Source of the DNA: Candidatus Spongiisociaceae bacterium
GTDB lineage: Bacteria > Actinomycetota > Acidimicrobiia > Spongiisociales > Spongiisociaceae
DNA length: 64,000 bases
NCBI GenBank assembly: GCA_965202665.1
Contig: OZ241841.1
Span: forward strand, 1,600,001-1,664,000
Direction: 5' to 3'
The translations under genes and the position numbers were made by a program. The notes under the pieces were generated by a model, which saw nothing but the letters and a program-made list of their open reading frames with translations, searched no databases and had not been told where the DNA came from. Shown here piece by piece: positions 1-9,619 of the stretch. The stretch's first letter is position 1; the number at the start of each line of letters is the position of its first letter.

Positions 1-773
1 ATCCCGTTGCCCAAAGTGTTGACGGTCGCCTCATGCCCGGCGTTCAGGAGCAGAATCACCGTGCTGACGATTTCGGCTTCGCTGAGCATCCCCTCCTCCG
101 TTTCGGCCCGGCACAGGGCGGTGATCAGGTCGTCCTCCGGCTGAGCCCGGCGGCGGGCGATCAACTCCCTGGTCCAAGCGGCGAAATCCCGGGAGGCGGC
201 CGCCGCCGCCCGGGCCTGTTCGGGGGTGGTGTGCATCTCGTACATTTTCACGATGGCGTGCGACCAGGCCAGAAGCAGGCCGGCGTCGTCGGTGGGCGCC
301 CCCAGCAGGGCGGCGATCACCCGTACCGAAAAAGGTTCGGCGAAGTCGGACAGCAGGTCGAAGGCGGGACGGTCCGCCAAATCCTCCAACAACCCCCGGG
401 CGATGGCCGCGACCGGCTCCCGCAGGTCCCGCACCCGCCGGGGGGCGAAAGCCCGGCTGACCAGCCCCCGCAACCGGGCGTGCTCCGGCCCTTCCAGCAT
501 CAGCAGCGAATGCCGCTCCACCGCGTAATAGGATTCCCAGTCGTCCACTTCCAGTTCCCGGAGCGGGCGGAAGTCGGCGGGCCGGGCGTGTCCGTCCCGC
601 ACCCGGCCCAGCCTGCGGTCCAGTTGCGCCGCCCGCACATCGTCGTGCCGGGTTATCAACCACAGATTCCAGTCCGACTCCCAATGCAACGGCCCCGCCT
701 CCCGCAGGGCGTTCAAAGTCGGGTAGGGGTCTTTGATGAAATCGGGATCGGCGGGATCGAAGAAGACGGGCAT
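1..773 (-). CDS. Cytochrome P450, 5' part (runs off the window start)
   Basis: Not in the ORF track. Manual translation from ATG at 773 gives MPVFFDPADPDFIKDPYPTLNALRE... and, in the same frame, the I-helix motif STVILLLNAGHEATVNTLGNG. Confidence 0.9.
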   Translation of the reverse strand, partial: MPVFFDPADPDFIKDPYPTLNALREAGPLHWESDWNLWLITRHDDVRAAQLDRRLGRVRDGHARPADFRPLRELEVDDWESYYAVERHSLLMLEGPEHARLRGLVSRAFAPRRVRDLREPVAAIARGLLEDLADRPAFDLLSDFAEPFSVRVIAALLGAPTDDAGLLLAWSHAIVKMYEMHTTPEQARAAAAASRDFAAWTRELIARRRAQPEDDLITALCRAETEEGMLSEAEIVSTVILLLNAGHEATVNTLGNG

Positions 774-781
774 CCCGGGAT

Positions 782-1687
782 CTAAGAAAAGTCGGCGGCG
801 GTGGTCCTCGGCGACGACGGCCGCAGATCCCGGCCCCAGAATCTGATCTCCGCCAGGGCCAACTCATCAAAAGCGGCGTTGCCTCCCACATCTTCGGAAG
901 GATGGGTGGAGGTGATTCTGATAACCAGCTGGGTGGTTTCGGTGGTGGGGGTGGAAACCACCAGCGGGCCGGTGTTTTCATTGTTAAGATTTTCCACGAA
1001 CTGCACGCCGGGCGCATCGTTGGGGGTGATTTCCACGCCGTTGATTCGGTAGTTTCGGCGGAAGCTCAGATTATCGGCCACATTCCAAAACTGGACTTGC
1101 GTAAGTTGCACCGCGGTGGGGAAAGTTATGGTGAACATCGCCCCCACTCCCCGCAGGCTGTTGTCGTTCCAATAGGTGGCGGTGTCGCCGTCGATCAGGT
1201 TTTCGCACCGTAAACGTTCGCTGTATTCGGATGAACACACCACGCTCACCGGGATAATTTCCTGGACCGGGGCCGCCTCTTCCACCACGGTGCTGGTGGT
1301 GGAAGTGTCCTCCGCCCCCGGCTCTTCAGGGTCGTCGCCGCCCCGGATGGCCAGCCAGATGAGGGCCCCCCCCACCACAACCGCCAACACCACCGCGATG
1401 GCCGCCAACGCCCGGCTTCCGGCGCTTACCGAAGGGAGAGGGGCGGGCGCCACCGGAGTCCGCCCGTAAAGCACCAGCTGGGCCCCGCATTCCTCGCAGT
1501 GGCGGTTGGAGGATATTTGAACGGCGGCGCAGGAAGGGCAGGACACCGTGGCGATGTCGTCGTAACCCTCGGGGTGGTCGTCTTCCTCTTGTTCTCCGTA
1601 GTCCCAGGACTGCGGATCCAAATTAAATTCTTCGAAGTCGGGGTCCCGGTGGGAATGTTCCCAGCCTTCTCCGTTGCGGTCGGTCAA
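782..1687 (-). CDS. Membrane protein: zinc ribbon, single TM helix, extracellular discoidin/F5-8-like domain
   Basis: CPSC...CEEC ribbon, hydrophobic stretch ALAAIAVVLAVVVGGALIWLAI, and ENLIDGDTATYW...LAEIRFWG typical of galactose-binding-like folds. Confidence 0.7.
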   Translation of the reverse strand: MTDRNGEGWEHSHRDPDFEEFNLDPQSWDYGEQEEDDHPEGYDDIATVSCPSCAAVQISSNRHCEECGAQLVLYGRTPVAPAPLPSVSAGSRALAAIAVVLAVVVGGALIWLAIRGGDDPEEPGAEDTSTTSTVVEEAAPVQEIIPVSVVCSSEYSERLRCENLIDGDTATYWNDNSLRGVGAMFTITFPTAVQLTQVQFWNVADNLSFRRNYRINGVEITPNDAPGVQFVENLNNENTGPLVVSTPTTETTQLVIRITSTHPSEDVGGNAAFDELALAEIRFWGRDLRPSSPRTTAADFS

Positions 1688-1889
1688 TCCAATACACTCC
1701 CTGCCGGTTGAACGTCCCGCTTATGTTAGTTGTTTCCCGCCCCTTTTTGCCAACAAGCGCCGTCCAGCGGATTTCACCGCCCGTTTTCGCCCCCGGGCGG
1801 GGCGTCCGGCGGGCGCGGCGCAGCGCCGTTTTGCATTAATATGCGGCAAGGCGGAACCACCGTTGGCGGACGACTAACCTTGTGAACCG

Positions 1890-2939
1890 ATGACCGAATC
1901 TTCCAAACTGCGGGATGTTCTCAGCCGGGTCGCCCCCGGCGCTCCGTTGCGTTCCGCCATGGAACGAATCGTGCAGCAAGGCCAAGGGGCCCTGATAGTC
2001 CTCGGGTGGGACGAGCAGATGGAGAAAATCTCTTCCGGCGGCTTCCGGCTGGCCGATGTCAATTTCACCCCGGCCAAACTGGCGGAGTTGGCCAAGATGG
2101 ACGGGGCCATCATTCTGGACGACGCCTGTGACTACATTTTGCGGGCCAACGCCCACCTCTTGCCCGACCCGTCCCTGGAAACGGATGAGACGGGCGCCCG
2201 GTTCCGCACCGCCCAACGACTGGCCCGGCAAACCGGCCGTCCGGTGCTGGCGGTAAGCGAAGAGAGGGGGAGCATTACCGTTTTTTGCGGCGATGACAAG
2301 CGGGAGTTGCCCATAGCCGCCGAGTTGCTGGCCTTGGTCAACCAGCATTTGCATACCCAGGAACGGTGCCGCAACGCTCTGGAGAAAGCCCGGGCCCATT
2401 TGGACCGTTTGGAGATCAGCGACAACGTTACTTTGTACGAGGTGGTGACCGTTCTGCATCGGGCGGAGATGGTGCGGAGGGTGGGGGAGCAGATCGACTT
2501 TTTGAAAGTGGGGCTGGGGCGGGAGTCGTATTTGGTGGAACTGCCGCACGCCAACCTGGCCGAAGGGGCCGGTGAACTGTTGGAACTGGTGGCGCGGGAC
2601 TATGTGAAAGGCGGCAAAGCGGGGGCCGCACGGGCCCTGCGGGACTTGCGGGTGATGTCGGCCGATGATCTGCACTATCCGGAACGGGTGTGCTCCCAAC
2701 TCGGTTTGGATCATCCCGCCACCGAGGTGCGCCCGCTGGGCCACCGGATGCTGAGCGATGTCCCCCGGTTGCCCGCCGGGGTGCGGGAGGCGCTGGTGAA
2801 GCATTTCCGCGACGCCCGCAAAATGCTGGTGGCCTCCATCGAGGATCTGAGCGCCGTGTCCGGAGTGGGGGAAACCCGGGCCAGGGAACTGCGAAAACAC
2901 TTGGACCGGATGAAACGGATAGCCCTGGCCCCGGACTGA
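1890..2939 (+). CDS. disA: DNA integrity scanning protein / diadenylate cyclase DisA
   Basis: VAPGAPLR N-terminus, ELAKMDGAIIL DAC motif, C-terminal HhH (VSGVGETRAR). Confidence 0.93.
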   Translation: MTESSKLRDVLSRVAPGAPLRSAMERIVQQGQGALIVLGWDEQMEKISSGGFRLADVNFTPAKLAELAKMDGAIILDDACDYILRANAHLLPDPSLETDETGARFRTAQRLARQTGRPVLAVSEERGSITVFCGDDKRELPIAAELLALVNQHLHTQERCRNALEKARAHLDRLEISDNVTLYEVVTVLHRAEMVRRVGEQIDFLKVGLGRESYLVELPHANLAEGAGELLELVARDYVKGGKAGAARALRDLRVMSADDLHYPERVCSQLGLDHPATEVRPLGHRMLSDVPRLPAGVREALVKHFRDARKMLVASIEDLSAVSGVGETRARELRKHLDRMKRIALAPD

Positions 2940-2971
2940 AAACCGACAACGCGCCGGTAATTCGCAAACGG

Positions 2972-2980
2972 TGTTACAAT
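2972..2980 (+). promoter_or_regulatory. Extended -10 promoter element for carD
   Basis: TGTTACAAT (TGn-TACAAT) ending 11 nt before the ATG at 2992. Confidence 0.5.
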
Positions 2981-2991
2981 ATGGGGACAGA

Positions 2992-4917
2992 ATGACGACT
3001 CGAACCCCCACTCGCGCCTCTTCGTCCCGCAGTTCCGCCCCCGCCCCGGCCAAAGCCGCGGGGAAAACCGGGGCTAAAAAGGCAACCGGCGGCGCCGCCG
3101 CCCGTCGTCCCGCTACCCGGAAAACCGCCGCCAAGTCAGGCGCGGGGTCGAAAACCCCCGTCCGCAAGGCACCGGCCCAGGCGGCCCGCAAGACGGCCCC
3201 GGCGAAGAAAGCGGCGAAATCCGCGGCGGCCAAAAAGCCCGCTCCGGCGAAGAAAACCCCAACCGCGAAGTCGGCGTCGGCGGCGAAGGCCCCGGCCAAA
3301 AAAACCCCCGCATCCAAAGGCACCGCCCCCAAGACTCCGGCGAAAAAACCGGCGGCGGCGAAAAAAGCCCCGGTTAAAAAAGCGGCTACGGCCAAAGCCC
3401 CGGCCAAGAAGGCGTCGGCGGCGAAGAAGTCTTCAGCCAAGCCTGTGAAGGCTTCCTCTAAGGCAGCTGGTAAAACAACCGCCAAGGCGGCATCGGCGAA
3501 GGCCCCGGCCAAAAAGGCGGCGAAGAAAGCCCCGGCTAAGACTCCGGCGGCGAAGGCCAAGACCCCCGCAAAGTCGGTTGCGGCGGCAAAGGCCCCGCCT
3601 AAGAAGGCCGGTACGGCATCGGCGAAGGCCCCGGCTAAAGCGACCAAGACTCCGCCTAAGGCGGCCGGCAAGGCAACGGCTAAGAAGGCCCCCGGCGGCA
3701 AGTCGGCGGCGGCTAAAAAAGCTCCGGCAAAGAAACAGGTCGCGGCGGCCCCCAAATCCGGTGCCGAAAAGCCCGTCTCCAAGAAGAAGCCCGCCCCCAA
3801 GCCGGTTGCCAAAAAGGCCCCGGCTCGGAAACCGGCCCCTAAAAAAAGGGTTCCCCGGTTTTCGGTGGGGGACAGGGTGGCGCATCCCCGGCATGGGACG
3901 GCCGTCATCACCGGCGTGAAGCAGATTGAAATCGACGGGGAGAAGCGGGACGGTTTAGTGTTGGGCGTTTTCGTGGAGCAACTCACCGTTCCGGTTCCGA
4001 CGGGCGGCGACGATCAGGCCATCCGTCCGATTGTTTCCAAGACGGCGGCGGGCAGGGTGTTGCGGGTTTTGAGGGACGAGCCGCAGGAAGCGGACAGTGA
4101 CTGGAGGGTCTGGTACAAGGCATTGGGCGAGAAGAAAGACTCGGGGGATATTTTTCAGGCGGCGGAGGTGGTGCGCGACCTGACCCACGCTAAAAACCAA
4201 AAACGCATTTCCGATACTTTGAAGCGGATGTTGTCCGAATCCCGCCGGGCGCTCATCGGCGAAATCGCATTCGCCTTGGAAATCGGCCAAGAAGAGGCCG
4301 CGGCGCGGGTGGACAAGGCGCTGATGGTTCCGGCAAAACCCCCCGCCCCCCCCAAGCCGGCTGCCAAGAAGGCCCCGGCTCGGAAACGGGCCCCCAGGAA
4401 GCAGTCCCCTAAGAACAGGGCGTCCCGGTTTTCGGTGGGGGACAAAGTGGCGCATCCCCAGCATGGGGTGGCCGTCATCACCGGCGTTAAGCAGATTGAT
4501 CTCGACGGGGAGGAACGGGACTACTTCGTGTTGGACATCTTCATTGAGCAACTCACCGTTTCGGTTCCGATGGACAGCATCGATCAGTCCATTCGTCCGG
4601 TCATTTCCAAGACGGCGGTGAGCAGGGTGCTGCGTGTTTTGCGGGATGAGCCGCAGGACGCGGGCAGCAACTGGAGTCGCTGGTACAAGGTGCTGGGCGA
4701 GAAGAAAGACTCGGGGGACATTTATCAGGTGGCGGAGGTGGTGCGCGACCTGACCCACTCCCAGAACCGGAAAGGCATTTCCCCGGCTTTGAAGCGGATG
4801 CTGTCCAAATCCCGCCAGATTCTCACCGGCGAAATCGCCTTCGCCCTGAACGTCGACCAAGAGGAGGCCGCGGCGCGGGTGGACAAGGTTCTGCCCTTGT
4901 CGGAGTCCCGGTCCTGA
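2992..4917 (+). CDS. carD: CarD-family RNAP-binding regulator with N-terminal histone H1-like Ala/Lys/Pro region and two tandem CarD modules
   Basis: Two copies of FSVGD.VAHP.HG...W..WYK...SGDI.Q.AEVVRDL; about 290 aa of PAKK repeats; canonical position upstream of ispD-ispF. Confidence 0.9.
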   Translation: MTTRTPTRASSSRSSAPAPAKAAGKTGAKKATGGAAARRPATRKTAAKSGAGSKTPVRKAPAQAARKTAPAKKAAKSAAAKKPAPAKKTPTAKSASAAKAPAKKTPASKGTAPKTPAKKPAAAKKAPVKKAATAKAPAKKASAAKKSSAKPVKASSKAAGKTTAKAASAKAPAKKAAKKAPAKTPAAKAKTPAKSVAAAKAPPKKAGTASAKAPAKATKTPPKAAGKATAKKAPGGKSAAAKKAPAKKQVAAAPKSGAEKPVSKKKPAPKPVAKKAPARKPAPKKRVPRFSVGDRVAHPRHGTAVITGVKQIEIDGEKRDGLVLGVFVEQLTVPVPTGGDDQAIRPIVSKTAAGRVLRVLRDEPQEADSDWRVWYKALGEKKDSGDIFQAAEVVRDLTHAKNQKRISDTLKRMLSESRRALIGEIAFALEIGQEEAAARVDKALMVPAKPPAPPKPAAKKAPARKRAPRKQSPKNRASRFSVGDKVAHPQHGVAVITGVKQIDLDGEERDYFVLDIFIEQLTVSVPMDSIDQSIRPVISKTAVSRVLRVLRDEPQDAGSNWSRWYKVLGEKKDSGDIYQVAEVVRDLTHSQNRKGISPALKRMLSKSRQILTGEIAFALNVDQEEAAARVDKVLPLSESRS

Positions 4918-4940
4918 ACCCGCCGGGACGCGTCCCGCAA

Positions 4941-5549
4941 ATGTGGGGGATCGTGGTTGCCGCCGGTTCCGGTTCCCGGTTCGGCGGCCGCAAGCAAGAC
5001 GCCCTCTTAGACGGCCGTCCCCTGTGGATGTGGGCCCGCGACGCCTTGCTGGCCGGAGGGGCGGCGCAGGTCGTCGTGGTGGGGACGGAGGACGGCGCGC
5101 CGGGAGGCGAACGGCGGCGGGATTCGGTTGCGGCCGGGTTGGCGGAGGTTCCCGCCGAAACGGATCTGATTGCGGTGCATGACGCCGCCCGCCCTTTGGC
5201 CCCCGCCCGCCTGCTGGCCGCCTTGGCGGAGGCCCTGCGGACGGAGCAGGCGGATGGGGCGGTGCCCGTCCTGCCGATAGTCGACGCCGTCAAACAGGTG
5301 CGGGGCAATCTGGTGACGGCCACCCCCGACCGGTCCGGCCTGGCCTCCGCCCAGACACCGCAGCTGTTCCAAGCGGGGGCGTTGCGGGAGGCCCACGCCC
5401 GCTATCCGGGCGAGGCCGCCGACGATGCGGCAATGGTGGAGGCTTTGGGGGGGCGGGTGGTCGCGGTCCCGGGGGAGCGGGCCGCCTTCAAAGTGACTTT
5501 TCCGGAGGATTTGCGGTTGGCCCGGGCCTGGTTGGAGGCGGGTCGGTGA
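4941..5549 (+). CDS. ispD: 2-C-methyl-D-erythritol 4-phosphate cytidylyltransferase
   Basis: AAGSGSRFG, VHDAARP, AQTPQ, FKVT motifs. Confidence 0.93.
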   Translation: MWGIVVAAGSGSRFGGRKQDALLDGRPLWMWARDALLAGGAAQVVVVGTEDGAPGGERRRDSVAAGLAEVPAETDLIAVHDAARPLAPARLLAALAEALRTEQADGAVPVLPIVDAVKQVRGNLVTATPDRSGLASAQTPQLFQAGALREAHARYPGEAADDAAMVEALGGRVVAVPGERAAFKVTFPEDLRLARAWLEAGR

Positions 5550-6034
5550 CGGCCGGGTTGCGGGTCGGTTTCGGCTTGGACGTCCATGCCTTGGGCGGCG
5601 CCCCCCCTTTGCTGTTGGCGGGGGAGCCGGTCGACCGGACTAAAGGGCTGATAGGCGATTCGGACGCCGATGTTTTGTCCCACGCGGTGGCCGACGCCCT
5701 GTTGGGGGCGGCCGGGCTGGGCGATCTGGGGGATCATTTCCCCTCCGGGGACCCGCGCTGGCGGGGGGCGGCCGGGCTGGACCTGTTGGGCCGGGCGGCG
5801 GAGATGGCCGCCGGGGAAGGCTGGTCGGTGGTGAACGCGGACGCGGTGGTGGTGGCGCAGTCGGTGCGCATCCAACCCCATCGCCCGCGGTTGCGGGCCA
5901 ACCTGGCGGGGGCGTTGCGGACGGAGACGGAGCGGGTGTCGGTGAAAGCCACCACCACCGACCGGTTGGGGGCGATGGGCCGCGAGGAGGGGGTGGCCGC
6001 CTACGCCGTCGTTCTGCTGACCGGGGGGGAGTAG
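5546..6034 (+). CDS. ispF: 2-C-methyl-D-erythritol 2,4-cyclodiphosphate synthase
   Basis: RVGFGLDVH, SDADVLSHA, VKATTTD motifs; overlaps the ispD stop. Confidence 0.95.
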   Translation: MTAGLRVGFGLDVHALGGAPPLLLAGEPVDRTKGLIGDSDADVLSHAVADALLGAAGLGDLGDHFPSGDPRWRGAAGLDLLGRAAEMAAGEGWSVVNADAVVVAQSVRIQPHRPRLRANLAGALRTETERVSVKATTTDRLGAMGREEGVAAYAVVLLTGGE

Positions 6035-6064
6035 GGCCGGGGGGCGACCGGTTAGCCTGGCGTT

Positions 6065-7474
6065 GTGATTCACCTTTACAACACTTTGGGGCGGAGGCTC
6101 CAGCCTTTGCGGCCTTTGGAACCGGACCATGTGCGAATGTACGCGTGCGGTCCCACCGTGCAGTCCGAACCTCATCTGGGACACGGGCGGAGCGCGGTGG
6201 CCTTCGATGTGATACGGCGCTACCTGATGTGGCGCGGTTTCCGGGTGACTTTCGTACGCAACGTGACCGACGTGGACGACAAGATTATCGAAGAGGCCCG
6301 TCGTCGGGGGGCGCCTCCGGAGGAGCTGGCGGCGGAGATGACCGCCCGTTTCCGGGAAACCTTTCAGGCGTTGAACGTTGCGCCGCCGGATGCGGAACCG
6401 GCCGCCACCGACCACATCGGGGAGATGCTGCAAATGATCGCCCGGTTGGAGGAGCGGGGCTTGGCCTACCCGTCCGGGGGCGATGTCTATTTCCGAGTGC
6501 GGGAAATGGATGATTACGGAAAGTTGTCGGGCCGCAATCCGGACGAGTTGCTGGCCGGGGCGCGGGTGGAGCCGGGGGAGGCCAAGCGCGATCCGCTGGA
6601 CTTCGCCCTGTGGAAGGGGGCCAAGCCGGGGGAGCCGTTTTGGGAGTCGCCTTGGGGGAAGGGCCGCCCCGGATGGCACATTGAATGTTCGGCGATGTCG
6701 GCCCGGTATTTGGGGATTCCGTTTGACATCCACGCCGGGGGGGCGGATTTGATTTTTCCCCATCACGAAAACGAAATCGCCCAGTCGGAGGGGGCTTACG
6801 GCGAGACTTTCGCCCGCTACTGGTTGCACAACGGAATGGTGAACCTGCAAGGTGAGAAAATGTCCAAATCCACCGGGCTGCTGATCGATTTGGCCGGGGC
6901 TATTGAGCGGTCGGGCGGGGCGGCCCTGCGCCTCTTTTACCTGCGGGCCGCCTACCGCTCCCCTTTGGAGTTCTCGCCCCGGCATTTGGATGAGGCGGAG
7001 GCCAACCTGGAGCGCCTGCGGGCCTTTCGGCGCCGCAGCCCGGCCGAAGGCCCCCCCGACCCGGCGGTGATGGCCCGTTTCACAGAAGTCATGGATGATG
7101 ATTTCAACACCGCCGAAGGGCTGGCGGTCCTGTTCGAGGCGGTGCGGGAAGGCAACATCCGCTTGGACCGGGGACGGCCGGCGGGCGGCCTGGCGGCGGC
7201 CGCGGCCGAAATCGCCGCCGTGCTGGGGGTCGTTTTAGACGGGGGCGAAGGGGGGGATAGCGCGGAGGAATCCGCCGGGTTGCGTTCTTTGGCCGGGGTT
7301 TACGACGTAACCGGGGACGACCCCGAAAAGTTGCTGGCCGGGTTGGTGGCGGCGCGTAGCCGGGCCCGGGAGGCCCGGGATTGGGAGAGGGCGGACGGGA
7401 TACGGGAGGGGCTGTCCCGCCTGGGCATCGTCTTGGAGGATTCAGCTGGTGGCACCCGCTGGCATAGGAGCTAG
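6065..7474 (+). CDS. cysS: Cysteine--tRNA ligase
   Basis: CGPTV..HLGH, GRPGWHIECSAM, KMSKS. Confidence 0.97.
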   Translation: MIHLYNTLGRRLQPLRPLEPDHVRMYACGPTVQSEPHLGHGRSAVAFDVIRRYLMWRGFRVTFVRNVTDVDDKIIEEARRRGAPPEELAAEMTARFRETFQALNVAPPDAEPAATDHIGEMLQMIARLEERGLAYPSGGDVYFRVREMDDYGKLSGRNPDELLAGARVEPGEAKRDPLDFALWKGAKPGEPFWESPWGKGRPGWHIECSAMSARYLGIPFDIHAGGADLIFPHHENEIAQSEGAYGETFARYWLHNGMVNLQGEKMSKSTGLLIDLAGAIERSGGAALRLFYLRAAYRSPLEFSPRHLDEAEANLERLRAFRRRSPAEGPPDPAVMARFTEVMDDDFNTAEGLAVLFEAVREGNIRLDRGRPAGGLAAAAAEIAAVLGVVLDGGEGGDSAEESAGLRSLAGVYDVTGDDPEKLLAGLVAARSRAREARDWERADGIREGLSRLGIVLEDSAGGTRWHRS

Positions 7475-8177
7475 GGTGGAGGGGGTGCGGGCGGTGGCCG
7501 CCGCCTTGGCCGCGGGCCGGGTTACCAGGTTGCTGATTGAACGGGGACGACGCGACTTGGAGGATTTGGCGGAGCGGGCCCGGGCCGCCGGAGCGGAGGT
7601 GTCGGTGGTTTCTTCGCTGGCCGGCCGGGCCCAGACCGCCGCTCCGCAGGGGGTGGCGGCCGACGCCCGCCCCATTCCCTGGGCGCGGCTGGACGACTTG
7701 TTGTCCGGCCGGGCCGCCTTGTTGGCGTTGGACCATTTGGAGGACCCCGGCAATGTGGGGGCGGCGGCCCGTTCCGCTTTGGCGGCCGGGATGACCGGTT
7801 TGGTGGTCCCGTCCCGCCGGGCCTCCCCGATTTCGGCGGTCGCTTTCAAAGCCGCGGCCGGGGCGTTGGAGACTTTGCCGGTGGCGTCGGTGTCGTCGGT
7901 GGCGGAGTCGGCGGCGGCCATGGGCCGGGCCGGGGTGTGGACGGTCGGTTTGGACGCCGGGGCGGAGCGCTCCCTGTTCGGTTTGGAAATACTCACCGAA
8001 CCGGTGGGAATTTTCGCCGGGGCGGAGGGCAAAGGTTTGGGCAGGCTGACCCTGCAACGTATGGATTTGGTGGTTTCCATCCCGGCCAACCCGGCTTTTT
8101 CCAGCCTCAACGCCGCTACTGCGGCGGCGGTGGCCTGTTTCGAACTGCGTCGCGCCCGTTTTTCCGCCCAGTTGTGA
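7449..8177 (+). CDS. rlmB: SpoU/TrmH-family rRNA 2'-O-methyltransferase (RlmB-like)
   Basis: DPGNVGAAARS, GAEGKG, SLNAATA; conserved position after cysS. Confidence 0.85.
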   Translation: MAPAGIGARVEGVRAVAAALAAGRVTRLLIERGRRDLEDLAERARAAGAEVSVVSSLAGRAQTAAPQGVAADARPIPWARLDDLLSGRAALLALDHLEDPGNVGAAARSALAAGMTGLVVPSRRASPISAVAFKAAAGALETLPVASVSSVAESAAAMGRAGVWTVGLDAGAERSLFGLEILTEPVGIFAGAEGKGLGRLTLQRMDLVVSIPANPAFSSLNAATAAAVACFELRRARFSAQL

Positions 8178-8328
8178 AATCCGCTCCCGTTTGTCATCTA
8201 GGAGGGGCGCGCGAGCAAATGGTATAATGAATGAGAATGCCGGTCAGGCCCCGGAGGGGCGCCGGTCGGCGGCGGGCCTTTCGGGTTGAGGCGGAAACGG
8301 ACGGAGAAAAGAATAAACGGGAGGGCGG

Positions 8329-9582
8329 ATGCGACTCTTTGGGCGCCAGGTTTGGCTGGGGTTGTCGGCGGCGTTGTTGTTGGCGACGGCGGCCTGCGGA
8401 GAGGATCAGTTTGAGCCCGGTCCGTTGGGGGCGGTGGAGGTGGCGGAGGGGGAGCGGATACAGATACGTTCCCTGGAATGGTTCATCAACGGCGAGCCTT
8501 CCAAAATGGAGCGGGCCGCCCAGTTGGCTGTACAAGATTACGGGCCGATCAAAGGATATGAGGTGGATCTCGGGCGGGGCTTGGACGAAATGTGCACGGC
8601 GGAGGGCGGTTTGGCCGGGGCGCAAACCATCACCGCCGACCCGAAAGTGGCGGGGGTGATCGGAACTTCCTGCTCAGTGGCGGCTGCAGCGGCCATGCCG
8701 TTGATTTCCGATGCGGGGATGGTAATGATTTCCGGGAGCAATGATGCGCCCGGCTTGACATCTGATCTGGAAGGCAACCCGGGTGACCACTATCGCAAAG
8801 GTTATTACCGGGTTTCCCACAACGCATTGCACGCGTCGGAGACGGTGGCGGCTTTTTTGCGCAACGGTTTGGGTTTGGACCGGGCGGCGGTCATCTTTCA
8901 GGACGATGTGCTGATGAAGGCTTTAGCGCATGATTTTCGCCGATTTTTTGAGGTTTTCGGAGGGGAGGTGACCAGTTTCATTCAGATTAAACCGGACCGC
9001 GTCTCGCGGGAGGATTTGGATCCGGTTTTGGATGAAATAGTGGCCGGCGGCGCGCAGGCGGTGTTCATACCGGTGTTTTTCGCGCTGGGCCAGGCGGTGG
9101 TGGAAGCGGCGCATCATCACGAAGGCGCCACCGATATTCCGCTGGTCCTGCAAACTCTGAACCCCGCTTTCCGCGGACATGCCGAATCGGCGGGCGTTTA
9201 TTTCACCAACCCGGACCGGAACTTCGATGCCCATGTCAACGACCACACCGGCCGCAACGGCCATCAGGTGAAGGAAGAGTACGTGGAGGCTTACGGGGAT
9301 CCTTTCGATAATCGTTTTTGGCCCGGCGGATACGATGCGGCCACCATGCTGTTGGCGGCCATCGACGAAGTGGCGGTGGAGCGGGGCGGGTCGTTGTGGA
9401 TCGATCGCCAAGCTTTGCGGGATGCGTTGGACGCCGCCGATTTCAACGGCATCACCGGCTTGGTCAAATGCGATGAATTCGGGGATTGCGGCAGAGGCTT
9501 AATCGACATTCTCCACCACGAGAACCCGGACGATATTGAGGGCACCCATGACAAGGTCGTTTTCGAATTCACCCCCGAATGA
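8329..9582 (+). CDS. Branched-chain amino acid-type ABC transporter substrate-binding lipoprotein (paralog 1)
   Basis: Lipobox TAAC, GVIGTSCS, YDAA, CDEFGDC; LivK-like. Confidence 0.85.
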   Translation: MRLFGRQVWLGLSAALLLATAACGEDQFEPGPLGAVEVAEGERIQIRSLEWFINGEPSKMERAAQLAVQDYGPIKGYEVDLGRGLDEMCTAEGGLAGAQTITADPKVAGVIGTSCSVAAAAAMPLISDAGMVMISGSNDAPGLTSDLEGNPGDHYRKGYYRVSHNALHASETVAAFLRNGLGLDRAAVIFQDDVLMKALAHDFRRFFEVFGGEVTSFIQIKPDRVSREDLDPVLDEIVAGGAQAVFIPVFFALGQAVVEAAHHHEGATDIPLVLQTLNPAFRGHAESAGVYFTNPDRNFDAHVNDHTGRNGHQVKEEYVEAYGDPFDNRFWPGGYDAATMLLAAIDEVAVERGGSLWIDRQALRDALDAADFNGITGLVKCDEFGDCGRGLIDILHHENPDDIEGTHDKVVFEFTPE

Positions 9583-9619
9583 TCCGCGCCGACCGGCCGT
9601 TGTTTCGGCGGGGGCGGGC

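Noticed and set aside
1836-3986. 716-aa hydrophobic minus-strand ORF
   Set aside because: Antisense of disA and the Lys/Ala-rich carD region (AKK codons read as FLA).
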